Under the pieces are notes generated by a model. The model saw only the letters and a program-made list of their open reading frames with translations. It had not been told where the DNA came from and searched no databases. Position numbers and translations under genes: made by a program. Shown here one piece after another: positions 22,201 through 29,904 of a DNA stretch of 64,000 bases (its first letter is position 1; every line of letters starts with the position of its first letter). This stretch comes from Flavobacteriales bacterium (GTDB taxonomy: Bacteria; Bacteroidota; Bacteroidia; Flavobacteriales_F; PHOS-HE28), in the NCBI GenBank assembly GCA_041749915.1, contig JBGTAJ010000195.1:16844-80843 (forward strand). Reading direction: 5' to 3'.

Positions 22201-22913
22201 TCACCCTTGTTGCCACGGCCTTCCTGTTGGGGCTGCTGAGCAGCGTTCATTGCATCGGCATGTGCGGCCCATTGGCACTGGCCGTGCCCTCACCGAGCAA
22301 CACCTGGGCCGCACGGCTCTCCAGTGCACTGCTGCTCAACTCCGGCCGGGTCACCACGTACATGCTTCTCGGCGCCGCCTTTGGCACCTTCGGTCGGGGA
22401 CTTCAATTGGCCGGTCTGCAGCGCACCGTTTCCATCAGTTTGGGCATCATCATTCTGGTGTGGTTGATCGCGCCGCGCCTGTTGAGCTGGGTCAACTGGT
22501 CGAAGGGCCCCGCCGTGCTGGTCATCCGTGCACAGGGACTCCTCGCGAAGCAGCTACGACGCACCTCGCCGGAAGGTCTGCTCGTCTCCGGTCTGCTGAA
22601 CGGCCTGCTGCCCTGCGGAATGGTCTATCTCGCATTGGCAGGCGCCATTGCCCAGGACGGTTGGCTGCATGGAGCCCTGTTCATGCTCTTCTTCGGCCTG
22701 GGTACCTGGCCGGCCTTGGTCGGGCTCAAGTTGTCCAGCAGGTTCGTGGGTGCGTCCTGGCGCAGTTCACTGCGGCGCGTGGCGCCTGTGGCTTATGGCC
22801 TGATGGCCGTGCTGTTCATCCTGCGCGGACTGGATCTCGGAATACCGTACATCAGTCCCGACCTGCCGGAGGCCAACAGTGCCGTGGAGGCCTGTCACAC
22901 GCCGTTGCCTTGA
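22197..22913 (+). CDS. Sulfite exporter TauE/SafE family membrane protein (terminal gene of the cco locus).
   Basis: A polytopic membrane protein with HCIGMCGP and LLPCGMVY motifs. It overlaps ccoH by 4 nt. Confidence 0.7.
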   Translation: MITLVATAFLLGLLSSVHCIGMCGPLALAVPSPSNTWAARLSSALLLNSGRVTTYMLLGAAFGTFGRGLQLAGLQRTVSISLGIIILVWLIAPRLLSWVNWSKGPAVLVIRAQGLLAKQLRRTSPEGLLVSGLLNGLLPCGMVYLALAGAIAQDGWLHGALFMLFFGLGTWPALVGLKLSSRFVGASWRSSLRRVAPVAYGLMAVLFILRGLDLGIPYISPDLPEANSAVEACHTPLP

Positions 22914-23396
22914 TCAGGCGCGCTGAAGCGCAAGGGCTTTCTTCGCTTCCTTGTAATACTTGAAGGGCACGACCAGCATCCCGAAGCATTCGCCATGCTC
23001 CTTGCCGAGGTGTTTGTGATGCACCTTGTGGGCCTTGCGGATCGCCAGGAAATAGGGGTTCTTCGTGTTGCGCAACCACTTGATCCGCTGGTGGATGAAG
23101 ACCTCATGGACCACGAAGTACAGCAGGCCATAGATGAGGATGCCCAGCCCGATCCACAACCACGGGGTGTGCAGACCCTGCAGACTTCCCACGATGAACA
23201 GGATCATCGACGGTATGGCGAAGATCAGGAAGAACGCATCGTTGCGTTCCAGGAAGCCATAGTGGTCCTTCTTGTGATGGTCCGAATGGAGCGACCAGAG
23301 GAAGCCATGCATCACATACTTGTGGGTCGCCCATGCGACGAACTCCATGAAAACGGCAGTGCCGACAACGATGACGAGGATGGACCAGATGCTCAT
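22914..23396 (-). CDS. crtZ: Beta-carotene 3-hydroxylase CrtZ (fatty-acid hydroxylase superfamily).
   Basis: A 160-aa protein with histidine boxes HSDHHK and HKVHHKH and the typical CrtZ N-terminus (FMEFVAWATHKYVMHG). Confidence 0.85.
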   Translation of the reverse strand: MSIWSILVIVVGTAVFMEFVAWATHKYVMHGFLWSLHSDHHKKDHYGFLERNDAFFLIFAIPSMILFIVGSLQGLHTPWLWIGLGILIYGLLYFVVHEVFIHQRIKWLRNTKNPYFLAIRKAHKVHHKHLGKEHGECFGMLVVPFKYYKEAKKALALQRA

Positions 23397-23418
23397 GATG
23401 TACGAACTGGCGAGTGGG

Positions 23419-23895
23419 TCAAACGGTTCCGGTCCGGTCGCGGAAATAAGTCTCCAACGTGGCGGACCGGAAATCGAAGATGTCCTTCAACTTTTGCCTG
23501 ACAAAGATACCGTGGGCAAGGTCACCCAAGGGGCCCAGCGGCAGCTCGTATTCCACCCGATCACGCATCATCACCCCGCCCTCCACGGCCTCGAAGGTGT
23601 GCAGGTGCCACCATCGTTTGTACGGTCCCGTGATCTGGGTGTCCACGAAACGATGCGGCGCATCCACCTGCTCGATGAGTGTCACCCAGGTCAAGGGGAT
23701 GCCCAGCATCGGTTTCACCGTGTACGTGATCCGTTGACCGGTGTACGTGGGCTTGTCGTCAAAGGGCTCGCGGATGATGAAGCCCATTTCCGGAGGGGTG
23801 ATCACCGCCAGGTTCCGCGGACTGCTGAAGAAACTCCACGCTTCCTCCAAGGGAATGGGGAGGAACTGAGACCGCTCGAGGATGTACTGCCCCAT
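23419..23895 (-). CDS. SRPBCC (polyketide cyclase/dehydrase-like) family protein.
   Basis: A 158-aa protein. The start at 23895 (MGQYILERSQ) lies 5 nt after the preceding small ORF; the ORF extends to 24126. Confidence 0.6.
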   Translation of the reverse strand: MGQYILERSQFLPIPLEEAWSFFSSPRNLAVITPPEMGFIIREPFDDKPTYTGQRITYTVKPMLGIPLTWVTLIEQVDAPHRFVDTQITGPYKRWWHLHTFEAVEGGVMMRDRVEYELPLGPLGDLAHGIFVRQKLKDIFDFRSATLETYFRDRTGTV

Positions 23896-23900
23896 ACGTT

Positions 23901-24062
23901 CTATCCGATGATCACCAATTTCGGGTAACGGAGCTTCCAGGCCTCCAAGGCCTTGGTGCTCGATACCGTGATCACTGTACGGGCATCCAAGCGCACCTTG
24001 ATCTCCTTTACGCCCGGCTTGATCGGTCGTTCCAGAATGATCGCTGGTCTCTTGCGTGGCAT
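23901..24062 (-). CDS. Small 53-aa protein, copy 1 of a tandem paralog pair (MPRKRPAIILERPIKPGVKEIKVRLDARTVITVSSTKALEAWKLRYPKLVIIG).
   Basis: It is about 66% identical to copy 2. It is tightly packed, 5 nt from the SRPBCC start and 17 nt from copy 2. It has no cysteines, and I do not recognise the family. Confidence 0.5.
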   Translation of the reverse strand: MPRKRPAIILERPIKPGVKEIKVRLDARTVITVSSTKALEAWKLRYPKLVIIG

Positions 24063-24079
24063 GTCTATGGATCGCGTGA

Positions 24080-24241
24080 TCAACCGATGACCTCCAACTT
24101 GGGATAGCGCTGGCGCCAGAACTCAAGGGCCTTCTGACTGGCCAGGGTGATCACCGTACGGGCGTCCAAGCGGACCTTGATGGCCTTCAAGCCCTCTTTC
24201 ACGGGCTGGGTCAGGATCAGGGTTTTCTTCTTGCGTGGCAT
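24080..24241 (-). CDS. Small 53-aa protein, copy 2 of the tandem paralog pair (MPRKKKTLILTQPVKEGLKAIKVRLDARTVITLASQKALEFWRQRYPKLEVIG).
   Basis: Its start codon lies 2 nt after the photolyase stop. Both copies share the conserved core IKVRLDARTVIT...KALE.W..RYPKL. Confidence 0.5.
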   Translation of the reverse strand: MPRKKKTLILTQPVKEGLKAIKVRLDARTVITLASQKALEFWRQRYPKLEVIG

Positions 24242-24243
24242 GG

Positions 24244-25590
24244 CTATGAAAAGAGTTTGGTTTGTCGTTGCTCCATCGCCCGTGCACCTTCGAGACCGTG
24301 TTTGTAGGTCTCCAGCGCTCGCTTGCGGGCTACTTCGTGAACGACCATCGGCTGCACATAGTTTGCCGAACCGTACTCCGGTACCCAGATCTTGACATAT
24401 TTTAACGATGGGTCGAACTTCTCCAATTGCAACCGTGGGTTGAACACGCGGAAATAGGGTGCCGCATCGCATCCGGACCCCGAGGCCCACTGCCATCCGC
24501 CATTGTTGCTGCTCAGTTCGAAGTCCAGCAATTTGGCAGCGAACCAGGCCTCGCCCCAGCGCCAGTCGATCAGCAGGTGTTTGGTGAGAAAGCTCGCCAC
24601 CACCATGCGCACCCGATTGTGCATCAGGCCCGTGGCGTTCAGCTCCCGCATGCCGGCATCCACCAAGGGGTATCCTGTGCGTCCTTCACACCAGGTCTGG
24701 AACCCCGGCTCATCGTGCCGCCAGGCAATGTTGTCATAGGCGGGCTTGAAGGCTTTTTCGTGATGGGGGAAGTGCCACAGGATCTGCATGTAGAACTCCC
24801 GCCAGATGAGCTCGTTCAGGTACTTATCGCTGTACTTGAGCGCTTCGCGTACCAGGTAACGCACGCTCACCGTGCCGAAGCGCAGGTGCGTGCTCATCCG
24901 GCTGGTCCCGGGTATGGACGGCGTGTCCCGTGTTCCGTGGTAGTGCTTCAGAAGCGATGCGCTTACCACCATGGGCAGTTCGCCCAGATCGGTGGGCAGG
25001 AAGCCCAATTCATGCAACGTGGGCAAAGGGAAGGATGATGTTCGCCACAAGCCGTCCGAATGATCCTCGCTGGGAAAGCACTTCGCAAGTTCAGGGGTGA
25101 ACTGGGTCTTCCATTTGCGCATGTAGGGCGTGTACACCGTGTAGGGCCCGCCCGCGTCCTTCAGGACTTCATCCCGCTCAAAGATGCTGATGTCCTTGTA
25201 AGAGCGGAAGGGAATGCCATGGGCGGCCAACAGCTCGCTGACGGCCTTGTCCCGCGCAAGGGCATAGGGTTCGTGATCGTGGTTGGCGGTGACGGCCGTG
25301 ATATCGAAGCGTTCCAGGAGCCGTTTCCAGACCTCCAATGGCCGTCCGTGCTCCACCAGCAGAGAGGATCCCTGTTCCACGAACTTCTCCTGCAGCCCGG
25401 TGAGCGCCCGATGGATGAACTCGACCCGACGATCAGCCTTGTCCTGAAGCTTGTCCAGGATGTCTGTATCGAAGATGAACACGGGCAGGACGTTCCCGTG
25501 ATCCGTCAATGCGCGGTACAGTCCATGGTTGTCCTCGACCCGCAGGTCTCGGCGGAACCAGTGGATGGAAATGCGTGGCTTGATGCTCAC
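24244..25590 (-). CDS. Deoxyribodipyrimidine photolyase / cryptochrome-photolyase family protein, possibly DASH-type.
   Basis: An N-terminal photolyase alpha/beta domain (IHWFRRDLRVEDN) and a C-terminal FAD-binding domain (TGYPLVDAGMREL...GWQWASGSGCDAAPYFRVFNP). Confidence 0.9.
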   Translation of the reverse strand: MSIKPRISIHWFRRDLRVEDNHGLYRALTDHGNVLPVFIFDTDILDKLQDKADRRVEFIHRALTGLQEKFVEQGSSLLVEHGRPLEVWKRLLERFDITAVTANHDHEPYALARDKAVSELLAAHGIPFRSYKDISIFERDEVLKDAGGPYTVYTPYMRKWKTQFTPELAKCFPSEDHSDGLWRTSSFPLPTLHELGFLPTDLGELPMVVSASLLKHYHGTRDTPSIPGTSRMSTHLRFGTVSVRYLVREALKYSDKYLNELIWREFYMQILWHFPHHEKAFKPAYDNIAWRHDEPGFQTWCEGRTGYPLVDAGMRELNATGLMHNRVRMVVASFLTKHLLIDWRWGEAWFAAKLLDFELSSNNGGWQWASGSGCDAAPYFRVFNPRLQLEKFDPSLKYVKIWVPEYGSANYVQPMVVHEVARKRALETYKHGLEGARAMEQRQTKLFS

Positions 25591-26273
25591 GTGCGGTGCA
25601 GGTAGGCCAGGAATTCCTGGCGGACTCCGTCCTCTTCAAATCGCCCGCTGAAGTGGCTGGTGACCGTGCTCGAGCACTCGTCCTTTACCCCGCGCAGTTT
25701 CACGCACATGTGCTCGGCATCGATGAGCACCGCAACGTCCTCCGTGTGCAGCACCAGTTTCAGTTCCGCGGCGATCTGTTCCGTGAGCCTTTCCTGCACC
25801 TGTGGGCGTGAGGCATAGTACTTCACGATGCGGTCCAGTTTGCTGAGCCCGATGACCTGGCCGCTGCTGTAATAGGCCACGGTGGCCCTGCCGATGATGG
25901 GTACGAAATGGTGTTCGCAGAAGCTGTGCACCGTGATGTCGCGCTCCACCAGCATACCCTTGTACCCGAACTTGTTGGCGAAGAGCGTCGGTTCAGGCTT
26001 GTTCAAGGGATCGAGGCCGTTGAAGACCTCGTTCACGAACATCTTGGCCACGCGCTTGGGTGTGCCTTGAAGGCTGTCGTCCGCCAGGTCAAGACCAAGC
26101 GTTTCCATGATGGCCTTGAAGTGCTGTGCGATGCGCTCCACCTTTTGGTCCGGGCTCAGTACGAAGGCATCGGGACGCATCGGGGTGTCCACGGCCTGCA
26201 GGTGGGTCAGGTGGTCAAGGGTGTCGGCGTGTCCGTTGAGCGCGATCACCGCGCCGTTCTTTTTCATCAACAT
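25587..26273 (-). CDS. folE: GTP cyclohydrolase I.
   Basis: FolE signatures are present: the HFVPI motif and the downstream ...EHMC... region. It overlaps the photolyase start by 4 nt. Confidence 0.9.
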   Translation of the reverse strand: MLMKKNGAVIALNGHADTLDHLTHLQAVDTPMRPDAFVLSPDQKVERIAQHFKAIMETLGLDLADDSLQGTPKRVAKMFVNEVFNGLDPLNKPEPTLFANKFGYKGMLVERDITVHSFCEHHFVPIIGRATVAYYSSGQVIGLSKLDRIVKYYASRPQVQERLTEQIAAELKLVLHTEDVAVLIDAEHMCVKLRGVKDECSSTVTSHFSGRFEEDGVRQEFLAYLHRT

Positions 26274-26285
26274 GGCTCTCGTGAA

Positions 26286-26843
26286 TCAGGCAGGACTGAG
26301 CGGCTCTGGCCGCAACTGCTCACGCACCTTGTCCCAACATGTGCGAAGCCAAACAGTGTAGTGGTCGGGATGAAGCTGCATGTCCGCTTCGATCTCCGCC
26401 ACGCTCATGTATTTCCAATCCTCCGCTTCATCGGGGTCGGGCCTTGCGTCGCCGTTCCAGATGCCGAAGAACACGTGGTCCAGCTCATGTTCATGCAGGC
26501 CATTGTCGAAACTGGCCCGGTACAGGAAGCTGAAGCGATGGTCCACGGTGGTGTCGATGCCCATTTCCTCGCGCAACCTGCGTTGGGCGGCGTCCGTCAG
26601 GGTCTCCTCCGGTCGCGGATGGCTGCAACAGGTGTTCGTCCAGAGGCCCCCGCTGTGGTACTTGCCCTGTGCGCGTTTCTGCACGAGCAGGCGTCCTTGG
26701 TCGTCGAAGAGGAACACGGAGAAGGCACGATGCAATGCACCCACTTGATGAGCCTCCAGTTTGCCCATGGAGCCCACTGTTTCGTCCCGTTCATTGACGA
26801 GGATCACCTGATCTTCCGTGGAGGCCGCGTGTCCCATGGTCAA
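26286..26843 (-). CDS. idi: Isopentenyl-diphosphate delta-isomerase, type 1 (Nudix).
   Basis: Shows the HRAFSVFLFD...WTNTCCSHP...EHE core of type-1 IDI. Confidence 0.85.
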   Translation of the reverse strand: MTMGHAASTEDQVILVNERDETVGSMGKLEAHQVGALHRAFSVFLFDDQGRLLVQKRAQGKYHSGGLWTNTCCSHPRPEETLTDAAQRRLREEMGIDTTVDHRFSFLYRASFDNGLHEHELDHVFFGIWNGDARPDPDEAEDWKYMSVAEIEADMQLHPDHYTVWLRTCWDKVREQLRPEPLSPA

Positions 26844-27682
26844 AGCATGCCGAAACTGTGGCGCAGGTAGCTGGTGGTGAGCAGCGCGATCTTTCGCCGG
26901 TTGCGCACCCGCACCCGCTCCTTCATGATCCGGTCAAAGGGCAACGCCTTGATCTTGCGGAAGAGGTTCAAGTAGTACACGTAGGCGATGTAGACCCCGA
27001 AGCGTGCGCCTTTCGGAAGTTGACGGATGCCTATCAGCGCCTCATCGAAATCGTGCTGGATGTCCTGCTCGATCTGGGCCTTGGTCTCGGCATCCATGCG
27101 GCTCACGTCGATGCCGGGGAAGTAGGTGCGACCCAGGTTCTGGTGGTCATCCTTCAGGTCACGCAGGAAATTCACCTTTTGGAACGCGGCGCCCAGCTTC
27201 ATGGCGGAAGGCTTCAGTCGCTGGTAGAGCGCCTCATCGCCCTCGCAGAACACGCGCAGGCACATCAGGCCCACCACCTCGGCACTGCCCAGGATGTAGG
27301 TCTCATAGCTGCTCTGGTCATGCGCCGTGTCCGTGAGGTCCATGGCCATGCTGTCCAGGAAGGTATCGTAAAGCTCGCGGTCTATCCGATAGGTGTTCAC
27401 CACGCGCTGGAAGCTGTGCAGGATGGGGTTCAGGCTGATGCCCTCCGAAATGGCCCGGTAGGTGTCCTCCCTGAAACGCTTCAGCAGGTCGTTCTTGTCG
27501 AAGCCATGGAAGGTGTCCACGATCTCGTCCGCGAAACGCACGAAGCCATAGATGGCGTGGATCGGGCTGTGGAACCGTTTGTCCAACGAACGGATACCCA
27601 GTGAGAATGAGGTGCTATAGCTGTAGGTGGTGTGCTTGCTGGCCTTCAGGCACACTTTGTCGTAGAGGTCGACGGTGTTCAT
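26840..27682 (-). CDS. crtB: Phytoene synthase.
   Basis: A squalene/phytoene synthase fold with the aspartate-rich motifs FADEIVD and MAMDL. It overlaps idi by 4 nt. Confidence 0.9.
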   Translation of the reverse strand: MNTVDLYDKVCLKASKHTTYSYSTSFSLGIRSLDKRFHSPIHAIYGFVRFADEIVDTFHGFDKNDLLKRFREDTYRAISEGISLNPILHSFQRVVNTYRIDRELYDTFLDSMAMDLTDTAHDQSSYETYILGSAEVVGLMCLRVFCEGDEALYQRLKPSAMKLGAAFQKVNFLRDLKDDHQNLGRTYFPGIDVSRMDAETKAQIEQDIQHDFDEALIGIRQLPKGARFGVYIAYVYYLNLFRKIKALPFDRIMKERVRVRNRRKIALLTTSYLRHSFGML

Positions 27683-29166
27683 GCCTTGATGGGTTTACGG
27701 GCTTGTTCCTTTTCGATGAGGTCGGCGACCACCTGGCCGCTGATGATGGCGGGGGGCACACCGGGGCCGGGCACGGTGAGCTGGCCGGTATAATAGAGGT
27801 TGGCGATCTTGCGGCTCTTCATGCTGGGGCGCAAGGGACCGGTCTGCATGATGGTGTTCGCCATGCCGTAGGCGTTGCCCCGGAACGCGTTGTAGTCCGC
27901 CTGGAGGTCGTTGATGCTGTAGCTACGTTTGAGCACCACATGCGGCCGTGGGTCGAAGCCCAGGTGTTTCTCCAGACGGTCCATCACCCTGCGGTAATAG
28001 TGTTCGCGGGTCTCATCGCGATCATCCAGGCCCGGGGCGATGGGGATGAGGATGACCATGTTCTCCATGCCGGCCGGAGCCACGGTGGGGTCGGACTTGC
28101 TGGCGCAACTGGTGTAGAACAGTGGCTTGCTGGGCCACTGCGGTTCATCGTAGATCTCGGTGGAGTGCTGGTCCAGTGATTCGTCAAAGAACAGGGTATG
28201 GTGCTCCAGGTCCGGCAGCACACGGTCGAAGCCGAGGTAGAACAGCAGTCCCGACGGGGCCATGGTCCGACCCTTCCAGTAGTCCGCGCTGTATCCCTTC
28301 ATGGCCTCGGGAAGCAGTTCCTGGTCCACGTGGTGATAATCGGCTCCGGCCACCACCACATCGGCACGGAGGATGCCTTTGTCCGTCTCCACACCAACGG
28401 CCTTGCCACCCTCCACGATGATCCGCTTCACCGGTTCGTTCAATCGAAGGGTGGCACCCTGCTTTTCGGCCACACGAACAAAGGCATCCACCACCTTGCC
28501 CATACCTCCCATGGGATACCAGGTGCCGAGCTCCATGTCCGCGTAATTCATCAGGCTGTACAGCGCGGGTGTGTTCTGCGGTGCCGCTCCCAGGAACAAC
28601 ACCGGGAACTCCATCAGCAGGCGAAGCCGGTCATCCGTGAAGTGCGCCTGCACATGTTTCCGCAGGGAACGGAACACCTTGGTCTTCAACAGACCGGCGA
28701 TCAACCCGGGATGCATGTATTCCGACCAGGACAGCGAGGGCCGGTAGACGAGTTCGCCCATGCCCAGGTCATACTTCAGTTTGGCCTCTGCCAGGAAGCG
28801 GTCCAGCTGTGCGCCGGCACCTTTTTCCTTGCTCTCGAAGAAGGCGCGTAAGGCGATGGGGTCTGCGGGAAGCATCCACTTTTCCTGGGGGCCGAACACC
28901 ACACTGTAGGAGGGGTCGAGTCGCACCAACTGGTAGTGATCGCTGACCCGTTCTCCGAAGTCCGCGAAGAAGCGTTCGAACACTTCGGGCATCCAGTAGA
29001 AACTGGGACCCATGTCGAACGTGAAGCCCTTGTCACGCCATACCCGGGCGCGGCCGCCAGGTTCGGCGTTCTTCTCCACGACCGTCACCTCGTAGCCTTT
29101 GCGGGCCAGCGAAGCTGCTGCGGCCAAGCCGGCGAAACCGGTACCGATGACAAGGGCGTGGGGCAT
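27679..29166 (-). CDS. crtI: Phytoene desaturase.
   Basis: The N-terminal FAD motif VIGTGFAGLAAA is present and the length is 495 aa. It overlaps crtB by 4 nt. Confidence 0.9.
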   Translation of the reverse strand: MPHALVIGTGFAGLAAAASLARKGYEVTVVEKNAEPGGRARVWRDKGFTFDMGPSFYWMPEVFERFFADFGERVSDHYQLVRLDPSYSVVFGPQEKWMLPADPIALRAFFESKEKGAGAQLDRFLAEAKLKYDLGMGELVYRPSLSWSEYMHPGLIAGLLKTKVFRSLRKHVQAHFTDDRLRLLMEFPVLFLGAAPQNTPALYSLMNYADMELGTWYPMGGMGKVVDAFVRVAEKQGATLRLNEPVKRIIVEGGKAVGVETDKGILRADVVVAGADYHHVDQELLPEAMKGYSADYWKGRTMAPSGLLFYLGFDRVLPDLEHHTLFFDESLDQHSTEIYDEPQWPSKPLFYTSCASKSDPTVAPAGMENMVILIPIAPGLDDRDETREHYYRRVMDRLEKHLGFDPRPHVVLKRSYSINDLQADYNAFRGNAYGMANTIMQTGPLRPSMKSRKIANLYYTGQLTVPGPGVPPAIISGQVVADLIEKEQARKPIKA

Positions 29167-29675
29167 CAGGCGGTCACATTCTTATCGGTGAGCATTTCCA
29201 TCAGGCGCTGGCGGGCTTGGAAGATGCGACTTTTTACCGTGCCGATGGGTATGCCCAAGTGCTCGGCGATCTCGTGGTACTTGTAACCCTCGTGGTGCAT
29301 GGTGAACGGGGTCCTGAAGGCAGGATCCAATTGCTCCAAGCTACGCTGGATCTCCGACATCTTCATGGTCGCCTCCGTACTTGCCGGCGTTTGAACCCTG
29401 CGGACCTGGTCGCGCTCGCGGTCCACGTTGTCCATCAGGGCCTTCGTCCGCTTGTTCCGGCGGTGGTCATTGATGAAGGTGTTCTTCATGATGGTGTACA
29501 ACCATGCCTTGAAGTTGGTGTTGTCCCGGAACTTGTCCCGGTACGTCAGGGCCCGCATCATGCTCTCCTGCAGCAGGTCCGAGGCATTGTCACGGTCCTT
29601 GGTCAGGCTCAGGGCGAAGTAGTAGAGCTGCTGTCTCAGGCCGACCAGTTGTTGTTGGAACTCGAGGGTGGACAT
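29166..29675 (-). CDS. RNA polymerase ECF-type sigma-70 factor.
   Basis: A sigma-70 region 2 (YRDKFRD..NFKAWLYTIMKNTFINDHRR) and region 4 (YKYHEIAEHLGIPIGTVKSRIFQARQRL). Its stop overlaps the crtI start by 1 nt. Confidence 0.85.
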   Translation of the reverse strand: MSTLEFQQQLVGLRQQLYYFALSLTKDRDNASDLLQESMMRALTYRDKFRDNTNFKAWLYTIMKNTFINDHRRNKRTKALMDNVDRERDQVRRVQTPASTEATMKMSEIQRSLEQLDPAFRTPFTMHHEGYKYHEIAEHLGIPIGTVKSRIFQARQRLMEMLTDKNVTA

Positions 29676-29812
29676 TTTGGTTGTGTTTAATGTTATCCGC
29701 TAAACGGTGAACAAAGATTGCAACTCTTGTTTCATGATTCCTAGAAAATGTTGAACAAAATGTTTGGGTACCCCCGTACCGCACCTCCGGGTCCTGGGTT
29801 TGACCGGATTTA

Positions 29813-29820
29813 TAACTTTG
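29813..29820 (+). promoter_or_regulatory. Candidate -7 box TAACTTTG, about 85 nt upstream of the TonB-dependent receptor start.
   Basis: Matches TAnnTTTG. No -33 TTG at canonical spacing. Confidence 0.3.
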
Positions 29821-29904
29821 ATTTACAGGATGTTACATCTATTTGCCCACGGGTGTAAAACTTTGGCGGCAGATGCTTGTTCCCTTCCGCCTTCACCCGG
29901 AACC

